Origin: Armatimonadota bacterium
Lineage (GTDB): Bacteria > Armatimonadota > SYMT01
DNA: 64,000 nt
Assembly (NCBI GenBank): GCA_041690135.1
Contig: JAWLHY010000009.1
Location: forward strand, 160,001-224,000
Direction of reading: 5' to 3'
The notes beneath the pieces are model-generated. The model made no database searches. It was not told where the DNA came from and worked only from the letters and a program-made list of their open reading frames with translations. Both the position numbers and the translations under genes were made by a program. How positions within the stretch are numbered: the first letter of the stretch is position 1; every line of letters begins with the position of its first letter. Of this stretch, positions 8,161 through 16,600 are shown one piece after another.

Positions 8161-8806
8161 CCCAGAGCTATACCCCATAGGCTCACGACACCTATCTTCG
8201 ACAAATCGAGCTGGGGGCGATGCGCGCTTCTGTTAGATAGGTAGCACCAGGTAAAGAGGAAACCATTGCTCCGTTGTTCGTTTTAGTCTGCTTGCCGGAA
8301 GTTGAAGAGGAAGTATGGTTGCTGGTGTAGAATAGTAGATACGGTAGGGTCCGACGTGCAGCCGAGCTCACGGCCGCCTTGTTATGGGGCAGCCGCTCGC
8401 GCCCCAAGCCGACAAGCGGAGCGTGCGAGGCGAGGAAGGCGTGGAAGGCTGCGGTCAGGGGCGTACCTGTAGGGTGCCGGGTGACCCTTCGACAGCGGGA
8501 GCTTCCTGCTTGCCGCCGATGAATGCGACCAAACGGCTTGAATTCGCATGGTTGCTATTTAGTTCTGCAAGCTAACGGCCGAACCTTAGTCGAGTGATCG
8601 CGAAGAAATAACCCACTGGATGGTTACTCTCGCCACTCCAGGTGCACTACTATTTGAATATACGAGGGCACGCAGGGCGCTTCCCGCCAGCCAGGACTTT
8701 TCCGACCCTTGCCAGCGCTCTCCACCTGGGGACGGACCCGTTAGACGGTCATCTGTAGCTACGCTCGCTCAACGGTGGGCGATCCGGATTACAAAGTGAG
8801 TGAGTC

Positions 8807-10699
8807 ATGTTGCATCGCTTGATCTCCGGAGGGGCACTCCTGTGCACCCTCACGGCAGTTTCCTCCGCCCCCGCGGTGATGGAGAGGATGAGTCGGGTGC
8901 GGCCCGCGCTGGTTCGCTCGGAATCGAAGCCGGCATCCTACCTGGGTGGCTCGACCTCGGGTGATGTGCGCTCCCTCATTGTTCGTGTCCGCGAGCCACA
9001 CCGAGGCGTACAGGCGCTGCGGAAAGCGGGTGCGACCATCACCCGGACGTACTCCCACTTCCCCCTGGTGGCGATTCGCGCCGATTCTGCGATTCTCCAG
9101 CGCGTTCGCGCCTCCCCGGAGGTGTTGCATATCAGCCCGGATGCAGCGGTCCAGCGGACCACGGAGTTCGCCCTCCCGGCGATCAGCGCGGACCTGGCCC
9201 AGCAGTCCGGCGCGAGCGGAAGCGGAGTCGGAATCGCGGTGGTCGACAGCGGCGTAGACCAGCACGAAGACCTCGGTGGGGGCGCTGGTCCCCGTGGCAG
9301 TCGGTGCATTGCCGGTCAGGACTTCCTCACCGGCTCCCAGAAGATGGTGAATAACGACCAGTGCGGTCATGGGACGATGGTCGCGGGTATCGCCGCCGGT
9401 AACGGTCTCGCCAGCACCTACAACGATGGGCGGCGCTGGACGACACGGCGCTTTGCGGGCGTGGCGCCCAAAGCGAACATCATCAATCTTCGGGTGCTGG
9501 ACCAGCACGGCCGGGGCGATGTCGCCACCGTCCTGGCGGCCCTGGACTGGTGCATCCAACATAAGAACCAGTACGGCATCCGGATCGTCAATCTCTCCCT
9601 GGGCCATCCTCCCGTGGAGAGCTACCGGACGGACCCGCTTTGCCAGGCGACCGAGACGGCCTGGAAGTCCGGCCTGGTGGTGATCTGCGCGGCCGGCAAC
9701 CGGGCCCGGGTCAACCAGGACAGCAGCACCGGCGGGAGCCGGTACGGAACGATCAACAGCCCCGGTACGAGCCCGTATGTGATCACCGTCGGCGCGGCGA
9801 AGGACCTCGGTACGGCCTCGCGTGATGACGACGGGGTGGCGAGCTACAGCGGGCGTGGGCCGACTTTGCCGGATCACATCCTGAAACCGGACCTGATCGC
9901 TCCCGGTAACCGCATCATCAGCTTGCGGCATCCCGGCAGCGCACTCGAACGCGCTGCGGACCGCACCAATCTCGTGCCCCTCGATTACTACTGGGTCAAC
10001 CCGATCGCGAAGGGCCGGGAACAGTATTTCAACCTCTCGGGGACGAGCATGGCCGCGGCGATGGTCAGCGGGGCGGTGGCGCTGATGCTCGAGCAGGATC
10101 CCGGCCTCTCTCCCGATACCGTCAAAGCGCGCCTGATGCTCACGGCCCGCAAGGTGTGGCGCGCGGACGGCACCACGCCGGATATCTTCAGCCGCGGTGC
10201 CGGCCTGTTGGACGTAAAACGGGCGCTGTTGTGTCCGGTTACCGCTACCCGCCCCGCCTTCTCCCCCTGGTGCGAGCGCACCGAGCACGGGATCCGGATC
10301 CGGATGCAGCAGAGCCTGACCGGCGAGCAGGCGTTGTGGTCGGACCAGGCGCTGTGGGCGGACCAGGCCCTGTGGGCGGATCAGGCGCTGTGGGCGGACC
10401 AAGCCCTCTGGGCGGATCAAGCGTTATGGGCGGATCAGGCCCTCTGGGCGGATCAAGCGTTGTGGGCCGATCATCACGTGCGCTCGGATCAGGCGCTGTG
10501 GTCGGACCAGGCGCTCTGGGCGGACCAGGCCCTGTGGTCGGACCAAGCCCTGTGGGCGGACCAGGCCCTCTGGGCGGACCAGGCTCTGTGGGCGGACCGC
10601 CAGATACAGGCGGATCAGGCGTTGTGGTCGGATCAGGCGCTGTGGTCGGACCAGGCCTTGTGGGCGGATATCTTCCGCGCATGTATCAGTGGTGATTGA
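8807..10699 (+). CDS. secreted S8 (subtilisin-like) serine peptidase with C-terminal DQALW(A/S) repeats
   Basis: Signal peptide, prodomain, catalytic D (VVDSG), H (GHGTMVAG), oxyanion N (AAGN), S (GTSMA). Confidence 0.95.
   Translation: MLHRLISGGALLCTLTAVSSAPAVMERMSRVRPALVRSESKPASYLGGSTSGDVRSLIVRVREPHRGVQALRKAGATITRTYSHFPLVAIRADSAILQRVRASPEVLHISPDAAVQRTTEFALPAISADLAQQSGASGSGVGIAVVDSGVDQHEDLGGGAGPRGSRCIAGQDFLTGSQKMVNNDQCGHGTMVAGIAAGNGLASTYNDGRRWTTRRFAGVAPKANIINLRVLDQHGRGDVATVLAALDWCIQHKNQYGIRIVNLSLGHPPVESYRTDPLCQATETAWKSGLVVICAAGNRARVNQDSSTGGSRYGTINSPGTSPYVITVGAAKDLGTASRDDDGVASYSGRGPTLPDHILKPDLIAPGNRIISLRHPGSALERAADRTNLVPLDYYWVNPIAKGREQYFNLSGTSMAAAMVSGAVALMLEQDPGLSPDTVKARLMLTARKVWRADGTTPDIFSRGAGLLDVKRALLCPVTATRPAFSPWCERTEHGIRIRMQQSLTGEQALWSDQALWADQALWADQALWADQALWADQALWADQALWADQALWADHHVRSDQALWSDQALWADQALWSDQALWADQALWADQALWADRQIQADQALWSDQALWSDQALWADIFRACISGD
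10325..10666 (+). repeat. coding 18-nt tandem repeat: 17 x (D/E)QALW(A/S) plus 2 in-register spacer hexapeptides
   Basis: 342 nt = 19 x 18 nt; blocks of 8, 6 and 3 units split by DHHVRS and DRQIQA. Confidence 0.97.
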
Positions 10700-10793
10700 T
10701 GCGTGGGATAGGTAGCTCGTCGCTGCCTCTCCCCACAACTCAGCAAGTTCAAGCTCGCCCCGCACTCGTTGCCGCGGCTTCGGCTTACCTGTA

Positions 10794-10823
10794 GCCTGCC
10801 GGATGGAAGAGCATCCGGCAGGC
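10794..10823 (+). terminator. GC-rich hairpin after S8 gene
   Basis: GCCTGCCGGATG-gaagag-CATCCGGCAGGC 12-bp stem; no clear U-tract. Confidence 0.45.
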
Positions 10824-10970
10824 GTCTACCCTAGCTTCCTTCAATACCGACCGTAGTTTGGCCGGAGAATAGCTGGCAAGGCCGCATCGTTCCCACGGGG
10901 TGGTGCGAGGTGTTTCCTAGCGTAAGTGCGCCTCGCTCTGTACCGGCCATTCGCTGAATCAGCAGAAAGA

Positions 10971-11738
10971 GTGCCGTCAGTGAGATTCCGAAAAGCATTT
11001 ACTTTGATAGAACTGCTGGTTGTTATAGCGATAATTGCTATCTTGGCCGCAATTCTTTTCCCGGTGTTTGCCCAGGCCCGCGAGGCGGCACGGAAGGCGT
11101 CCTGCCTTTCCAACCAGAAGCAAATCGGGATGGCGATCTTGATGTATGCGCAGGATTATGAAGAGGGAATCGTTCCGTGGCTCGCGCCGTCCAATGGCAC
11201 CCCGGCCAGCCAGCGAATCTGGAGCACCCTCCTACAGCCGTACATCAAGAACGGCGCGAACTACTCCAGCACGTCCAGTGGGGTGATGCGGTGCCCCTCG
11301 TGGAGTGAACAGCGAGTGTTGCAGGCGGCCCAGGCATGTGGCACCACCGCCAACGTTGCGCCGATTTTTCCCGCGACCGAGCTCTACTCCAGTTATGGGA
11401 TTGCACTTCCCATCTCTGGAGGCGACGGCTCCGCCGCCAATCCCTACTTCCGGCAGCCAGGCAGTGGCGGCACGGTGGTCACCATCCTCCCTGCGGTGAC
11501 ACGAACCAGTGAAACGGCCATTGTCGCGGATGGCTTCACCGGATTCAAGCAAGGACTGAGCCCGGGCAGCGTGCGGATCGTCTTCGGGTGTGAGGCCCAA
11601 CGCGCGCATAACGAAGGGGGCAACCTGGTCTTCCTGGATGGCCATGCCAAATGGATTAAGGGAAACCCGGAGTCCTACGTATCGCAAAGCTTTAGCGGAT
11701 TGCATTACCAGCGGTACTTCTCCTACGACATGGAATAG
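10971..11738 (+). CDS. prepilin-type N-terminal cleavage/methylation protein (DUF1559-like, H-X9-DG)
   Basis: '[31 protein letters not shown]' and C-terminal '[15 protein letters not shown]'; exact start uncertain (10926/10971/10980). Confidence 0.92.
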   Translation: MPSVRFRKAFTLIELLVVIAIIAILAAILFPVFAQAREAARKASCLSNQKQIGMAILMYAQDYEEGIVPWLAPSNGTPASQRIWSTLLQPYIKNGANYSSTSSGVMRCPSWSEQRVLQAAQACGTTANVAPIFPATELYSSYGIALPISGGDGSAANPYFRQPGSGGTVVTILPAVTRTSETAIVADGFTGFKQGLSPGSVRIVFGCEAQRAHNEGGNLVFLDGHAKWIKGNPESYVSQSFSGLHYQRYFSYDME

Positions 11739-11845
11739 GGACGTGCTGCGGGTGTGCCACCTTCGGTTCGACAGCGCGCTAGTGCCGATGGAGCCGGCTC
11801 ACGAGGCGTCGCCAGCCAACAGCAGTTGGACTTCTGGGGATCAAC

Positions 11846-14377
11846 ATGCGTTTTAGCGACCTGCCTCCCCGCCTGAAGTTGTTTATCGCTGGGCATCTGT
11901 GTGTAATTCCGCTGGTCTTCCATGCTCTAGCCAGCGCGCATCTGCGACCGGATTGGTGGTTGGTCGCATTGCTCCTGCTCTCCACGCTGGTTTTCAGCAT
12001 GTGGAAGGTGGAGCTCACCATCTTGCAGGGGCGCATGACCCCGACCTTCGCGGTGGTATGCCTGGCGTTGCTGCTGCAGGGGTTGCCGGCGGCCCTTCTG
12101 TGTGCCGCATTTGGTGCATTGGTTGGAAGCTTCGTGCGCTCGGAACGGGGTGGCTGGACAATCACACTGCTTCGCCCCCAGGCATATCGGGTGTGGTTCA
12201 ACGTAGCCAACTGCGTGCTGGCCTGTGTGACCGCGGCGACCGTCTTCGCCCTTGTAGCGGGATTCCTCCACCACACCGCGTTAGGTAATGTTCTGGGACT
12301 GCTCGCTTTCACTTCCGTCTACTTCGTGATCAATACGGCGGGAGTTGCGACAGCCCTGGCACTCCGAGAGCAGGAGTCATGGGTCTCGATCTGGAAGCTT
12401 AACTTCCTTTGGACGGCTCCCGGATTCTTCGCCTCGGCCTCCGCGGCGGCGGGAATCCGGGCAGCATATCAATACCTCGGGGCCTGGTCCCTTTTGCTTC
12501 TGCCGCCACTCTACCTCGTCTCCTATTCCTACCGGTTGTACATGGACCGGCTGCATCTGTTCTCGGAGAAGATGCAGCAGGACATGGCTCACATCAAAGA
12601 GCTGAACAAGCTTAACCAATCCATCATCGCCTCGCTGGCCACCGCTATCGACGCAAAGGATCACTACACCTGCTCCCACATCAACCGGGTCCAGTGTTAT
12701 GCACTGACGCTCGCACGCGCCGCCGGGCTCGCCGAAGCGGATGTGGAGGCCGTAAAAACAGGGGCGTTGGTGCACGACATCGGGAAGTTGGGAGTACCCG
12801 ATCACATCCTGAACAAACCCGGTAAGCTGACCGCTGATGAGTTCAAACGCATCCAGGCTCATGTAGCGATTGGCGCCGAAATTCTAGAGCCCGTGCCGTT
12901 TCCCTTTCCCGTGGTGGACGTGGTGCTTACGCATCACGAGCGCTGGGATGGGCTGGGTTATCCCAAGGGACTCAAAGCCGAAGAGATCTACATTGGCGGA
13001 AGAATTATTGCGATTGCGGATGTGTTCGATGCCCTCACCTCCGACCGACCCTACCGGCGGGGTCTCTCGGAAGAAGAGGCACTGCGAATTCTGAAGGAAG
13101 GCGCCGGAAAGCAGTTCGATCCGTCCTTGGTGGAGCTGTTCGACCAGGTACTCCCGGAAGCCATCCGGGAGATTGCGGCCATGGAAGCCCAGCACGCCCT
13201 CCAGGCATCCGAGCCCGGAGTCGCGCCGGATGGTCCCTCCGCCTGGGTTCAGATCCGGCAGGCGGCCGTGGAAATGGCTGCCGTTAAAGACGTAGCCCAA
13301 CTCCTGGCCGAGCAGGAGACGGTAGAGGACTTGATGGGAGTTCTGCTCGACCGCACGCTGAACTTGCTACCGGTGGATACCACGATTTGCTACCTGATGC
13401 CACCGGGCGAGACTCAACTGACGGCGACGGCGGTAGCAGGCAAGTACGCGGAGAAACTCACCGGGATGGCAATTCAGCTGGGGGAGGGCATGGCCGGCTG
13501 GGTGGCCGAGAAGCAACAGACGCGGATAAACGTGTCTGCCTCCCTGGACCTGGCGCGGCGGTTCACGCCGGAGGAGGTTATGGAGCTGAGCGCCGCTACC
13601 GCCGTTCCCCTAAAGTCCGACACCGGTACTTTCGGGGTGCTGGCAGTGTACACGATGGCCTACAGCGTTCTTTCCGAGCATCACCTTCACCTGCTGAGCG
13701 TGCTTGCGGAACATGCGGTCCCCGCCTTCCAGAATGTCCAGCGATTCGAGGCACAGCGACAACTCGCGCTTAAAGACTCCCTCACGGGGTTGTTGAACAG
13801 TCGTGCCCTGCTTTCCCAACTGAATCAATTGCTGGGAACTGGCGAGAGACAGGCGAAGGGAAGAGAGGAATGCTTCAGCCTTCTGGTGCTCGACCTGGAC
13901 AATTTCAAAGAGGTTAATGACCGGCTGGGTCACCTGCGGGGCGACGATCTGCTGCGAGCGGTTGCCGCGACGCTGGAAGGGGTGCGCCGGAGTGGGGATG
14001 TGGTTTGTCGCTATGGAGGCGACGAGTTTGTCCTCTTGCTCCCCGGAACGGCAAGAGCACAGGCGGAACAACTGGTGATGCGACTGCGAGAGACTTTTGC
14101 GGCGTTGCCGCCGGTCGATGGGCAGGTGCGAGTGGGTTTGAGCGTGGGCGTGGCGAGTTTTCCGGAAGACGGAGCTACGGGCGACGTACTGCTCCACGTG
14201 GCGGATCGCAGGATGTACGACGACAAACTCCAGCGACGCTGCAGGGTTAGCCGGACACAGGTGCGCGTCCGAAGTCAATCTCTTGCACGGCCCAAGCAGG
14301 CCCGTCCTGTGGGATGCGGCATGGGTGCTCCTTCGCCAGCCCCCCGAACCAGCGGTTGGCATAGTGGACCTGGATGA
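11846..14377 (+). CDS. multi-TM sensor with HD-GYP, GAF and GGDEF domains
   Basis: About 8 hydrophobic segments in first ~230 aa; 'HDIGK', 'HHERWDGLGYP'; GAF 'GEGMAGWVA'; 'DSLTGLLN', 'RSGD' I-site, 'YGGDEF'. Confidence 0.93.
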   Translation: MRFSDLPPRLKLFIAGHLCVIPLVFHALASAHLRPDWWLVALLLLSTLVFSMWKVELTILQGRMTPTFAVVCLALLLQGLPAALLCAAFGALVGSFVRSERGGWTITLLRPQAYRVWFNVANCVLACVTAATVFALVAGFLHHTALGNVLGLLAFTSVYFVINTAGVATALALREQESWVSIWKLNFLWTAPGFFASASAAAGIRAAYQYLGAWSLLLLPPLYLVSYSYRLYMDRLHLFSEKMQQDMAHIKELNKLNQSIIASLATAIDAKDHYTCSHINRVQCYALTLARAAGLAEADVEAVKTGALVHDIGKLGVPDHILNKPGKLTADEFKRIQAHVAIGAEILEPVPFPFPVVDVVLTHHERWDGLGYPKGLKAEEIYIGGRIIAIADVFDALTSDRPYRRGLSEEEALRILKEGAGKQFDPSLVELFDQVLPEAIREIAAMEAQHALQASEPGVAPDGPSAWVQIRQAAVEMAAVKDVAQLLAEQETVEDLMGVLLDRTLNLLPVDTTICYLMPPGETQLTATAVAGKYAEKLTGMAIQLGEGMAGWVAEKQQTRINVSASLDLARRFTPEEVMELSAATAVPLKSDTGTFGVLAVYTMAYSVLSEHHLHLLSVLAEHAVPAFQNVQRFEAQRQLALKDSLTGLLNSRALLSQLNQLLGTGERQAKGREECFSLLVLDLDNFKEVNDRLGHLRGDDLLRAVAATLEGVRRSGDVVCRYGGDEFVLLLPGTARAQAEQLVMRLRETFAALPPVDGQVRVGLSVGVASFPEDGATGDVLLHVADRRMYDDKLQRRCRVSRTQVRVRSQSLARPKQARPVGCGMGAPSPAPRTSGWHSGPG

Positions 14378-14566
14378 AGCGAGTAGGAGGTAGGCAGCCG
14401 GTTCCCACCCGGGGAGGTCCAACCCGAAGCAGGATGCAGCGCTCCCTCGGCACAACTCTCGACTATACATATGCGCGATGGCGGAAAGCGCGCCGTATCG
14501 CAACTTCCAGAGGAGACCCTGGAGGTGAGTACGCGGATGGATGGGCGGGGTGAAGGAGGCGTGCCA

Positions 14567-15574
14567 ATGGAGATTCCCGCAGAAACGATGAACGCGGAGA
14601 CCCTCCCCCGGGAAACGGAAACCCTTCGGGTGCTGGCGGTAGACGACGATCCCGCACTTCAAAAGCTCGTGCAGGCCGGGCTGGGTGACCTGGGGTATGA
14701 CGTGGACCTGGCGGGGAGCGTACCTGAAGCCCGGGCCTGCCTCCGGAACCGGCCGTACTCCCTGGTCCTTTCGGACTACGACATGCCGGGCGCCAACGGG
14801 TTGGACCTGCTGGCGTATGTTACAGAGGTCTATCCCGACCTGCCGTTCATCATGCTGACCGGTCACGACGCAACTTCGCTGGCTCGCAGCGCCATCGGCT
14901 CGGGCGCTCTCGACTTTCTCGCCAAGCCATTCGGCATCCAGCAACTGGCGCGGGCCATCGAGCAGAACCGCGCTCGCCTCCAGCGAGAGCGGGCGCGCAC
15001 TGCGGAGCTAACGAGCGAGATCCTCACGGGAACCATCCGGGCGCTGGTGGCCGCCGTGGATGCCAAGGACCCCTACACGGCGTGCCATTCCGAACGAGTC
15101 ACCCGGCTGGCGTTTTGCCTGGGAGAGGCAGTAGGCCTACCTCCCGACCGGCTGCGGGTGCTGGAGTTCGCCACGCTGCTGCACGACGTCGGCAAGATCG
15201 GCGTTCCCGATGCCACGCTGCTCAAGCCGGGTGCATTGGACGAAGCGGATTGGGCTTTGATGAAACAACACCCTATTCGCAGCGCCCAGATCGTGAACCA
15301 GGTGGGCCAACTGGCGGAGGTGGCCAACGTGGTCCGCCACCACCACGAGCGTATTGACGGCAAAGGCTACCCGGACGGCCTGGCCGGCGAGGCGATCCCG
15401 TGGCTGTCGCGTTTTATCGCGGTGGCGGATGCCTACGAGGCCATGACCGCCGACCGGGGCTACCGGCGGGCCCTGCCGGTGAAACAGGTGCGGGAGATCA
15501 TCCGGCAGAACCTGGGCACCCAGTTCGATCCGTACCTCGGGGAGGTTTTCCTCGGTCTTACGGACCTGCCTTGA
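14567..15574 (+). CDS. response regulator with HD-GYP phosphodiesterase domain
   Basis: REC 'LAVDDD...SDYDMP...LTG...KPF'; 'HDVGK', 'HHERIDGKGYP'; AAGGAGG RBS before ATG 14567. Confidence 0.93.
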   Translation: MEIPAETMNAETLPRETETLRVLAVDDDPALQKLVQAGLGDLGYDVDLAGSVPEARACLRNRPYSLVLSDYDMPGANGLDLLAYVTEVYPDLPFIMLTGHDATSLARSAIGSGALDFLAKPFGIQQLARAIEQNRARLQRERARTAELTSEILTGTIRALVAAVDAKDPYTACHSERVTRLAFCLGEAVGLPPDRLRVLEFATLLHDVGKIGVPDATLLKPGALDEADWALMKQHPIRSAQIVNQVGQLAEVANVVRHHHERIDGKGYPDGLAGEAIPWLSRFIAVADAYEAMTADRGYRRALPVKQVREIIRQNLGTQFDPYLGEVFLGLTDLP

Positions 15575-15579
15575 GGTGT

Positions 15580-15698
15580 GTTGGGCGTTCGGGCGTTGGG
15601 CATTGGGCCACCCCTCGGGTGGTAAACATTCAGGCTTTCGGCCACCCCTCGGGTGGTAAACATTCAGGCCCACCTGCGGGGGGGGGGTAAACGTTGGG
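15580..15698. repeat. short tandem repeats (GGGCGTT-type) plus 30-nt direct repeat
   Basis: GGCCACCCCTCGGGTGGTAAACATTCAGGC twice (~15606, ~15640) and a degenerate third copy; CATTCAGGC/CCTGAA motif shared with 5553-5580 and 5833-5875. Confidence 0.75.
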
Positions 15699-15853
15699 AA
15701 TATTTCGTTAGCTGAAGGCCCACTGGTCCGAAGCGCCTCAGGGTACTTGTCAGCGCCCGGTTGGTGGCGTCGGCACGACCCACTCGGGCAGTGAACGACC
15801 CGGCAGTTTTTCGCGGGCGCGCCATTCCCGGAAATTGAGAAGATTAACTAAGA

Positions 15854-16276
15854 ATGTCTGCAAGAACTCGACGGCTCGTTGAACACAGCCTCCTGGCCGC
15901 CTTTTTCGTTGGGCCTTTGCTACACTACTGCGCCGCGATTCTGCTCTTTGGTATGGGAGCCGTCAGCAGTGCGGCGTTCACTTCCGGGGCAGTCGGTAAT
16001 CTCCTCATCGGCGCAATCGCAGGGGTTCTTGCAGTGGCGATTGGCCGGGGACGCCGTATCCATCCCATGCACGTGGCCAACCGGACCAGCATGGTCGCGC
16101 TTTCACTCTGGGCCATCCCCTACTTCGGCATTGCCATAGTGAACAGAGTCGCCCCACAAGTCTACGGCACACTGGGGACGATTGTCGTCGTAATGACTGC
16201 GACAGCCTGGTTGACCGGCTTTCTGGGCATCACGCTTGCGGGCCGCGCATTCCCCCAAGACTGGGATAGTGAGTGA
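15854..16276 (+). CDS. 4-TM membrane hypothetical protein
   Basis: Four hydrophobic segments, ATG start. Confidence 0.6.
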   Translation: MSARTRRLVEHSLLAAFFVGPLLHYCAAILLFGMGAVSSAAFTSGAVGNLLIGAIAGVLAVAIGRGRRIHPMHVANRTSMVALSLWAIPYFGIAIVNRVAPQVYGTLGTIVVVMTATAWLTGFLGITLAGRAFPQDWDSE

Positions 16277-16286
16277 GCCCACTTGA

Positions 16287-16377
16287 TCACGCGGAAGGTT
16301 CGCTGAGCTCCCGCTCCAGTTCTTCCACCGTGGGCAGGGCAGTGCGGATTTCCTCGGGCAGGGTGGCGGTCAACTCA
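16287..16377 (-). pseudogene. C-terminal remnant of YhcG/DUF1016 PDDEXK nuclease family gene
   Basis: Manual translation ELTATLPEEIRTALPTVEELERELSEPSA* matches the typical DUF1016 tail; no upstream body. Confidence 0.6.
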
Positions 16378-16379
16378 CA

Positions 16380-16400
16380 TTTGCAAGCACTGCTTGCAAA
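16380..16400. promoter_or_regulatory. perfect palindrome, possible operator
   Basis: TTTGCAAGCA-C-TGCTTGCAAA ~200 nt upstream of the 1548-aa gene. Confidence 0.35.
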
Positions 16401-16600
16401 ATTGACTCATCCGGCCAGGGCTGAGCGAAGGCACGCATGGAGTCGAGGTTCTGCCGGCCAAGAGTAATATAACATCCTCTATTTGGGATGGCGAAGACAC
16501 TTACGCCCGCCTGATGGCGAAACTTCGGCCCCGCCGCTGTCTCATACGCTTCTAAACTCCCTCCGCCCTGCCCTTACGCCTTCTGATAAGATTTGTTTCC

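Noticed and set aside
8200-8806. c-di-GMP riboswitch upstream of the S8 gene
   Set aside because: No recognisable class I (GGCAAA...GNRA...ACGCAAA) or class II pattern by eye; an Rfam scan would be needed.
10325-10666. CRISPR or non-coding VNTR
   Set aside because: In-frame 18-nt coding repeat with synonymous variation.
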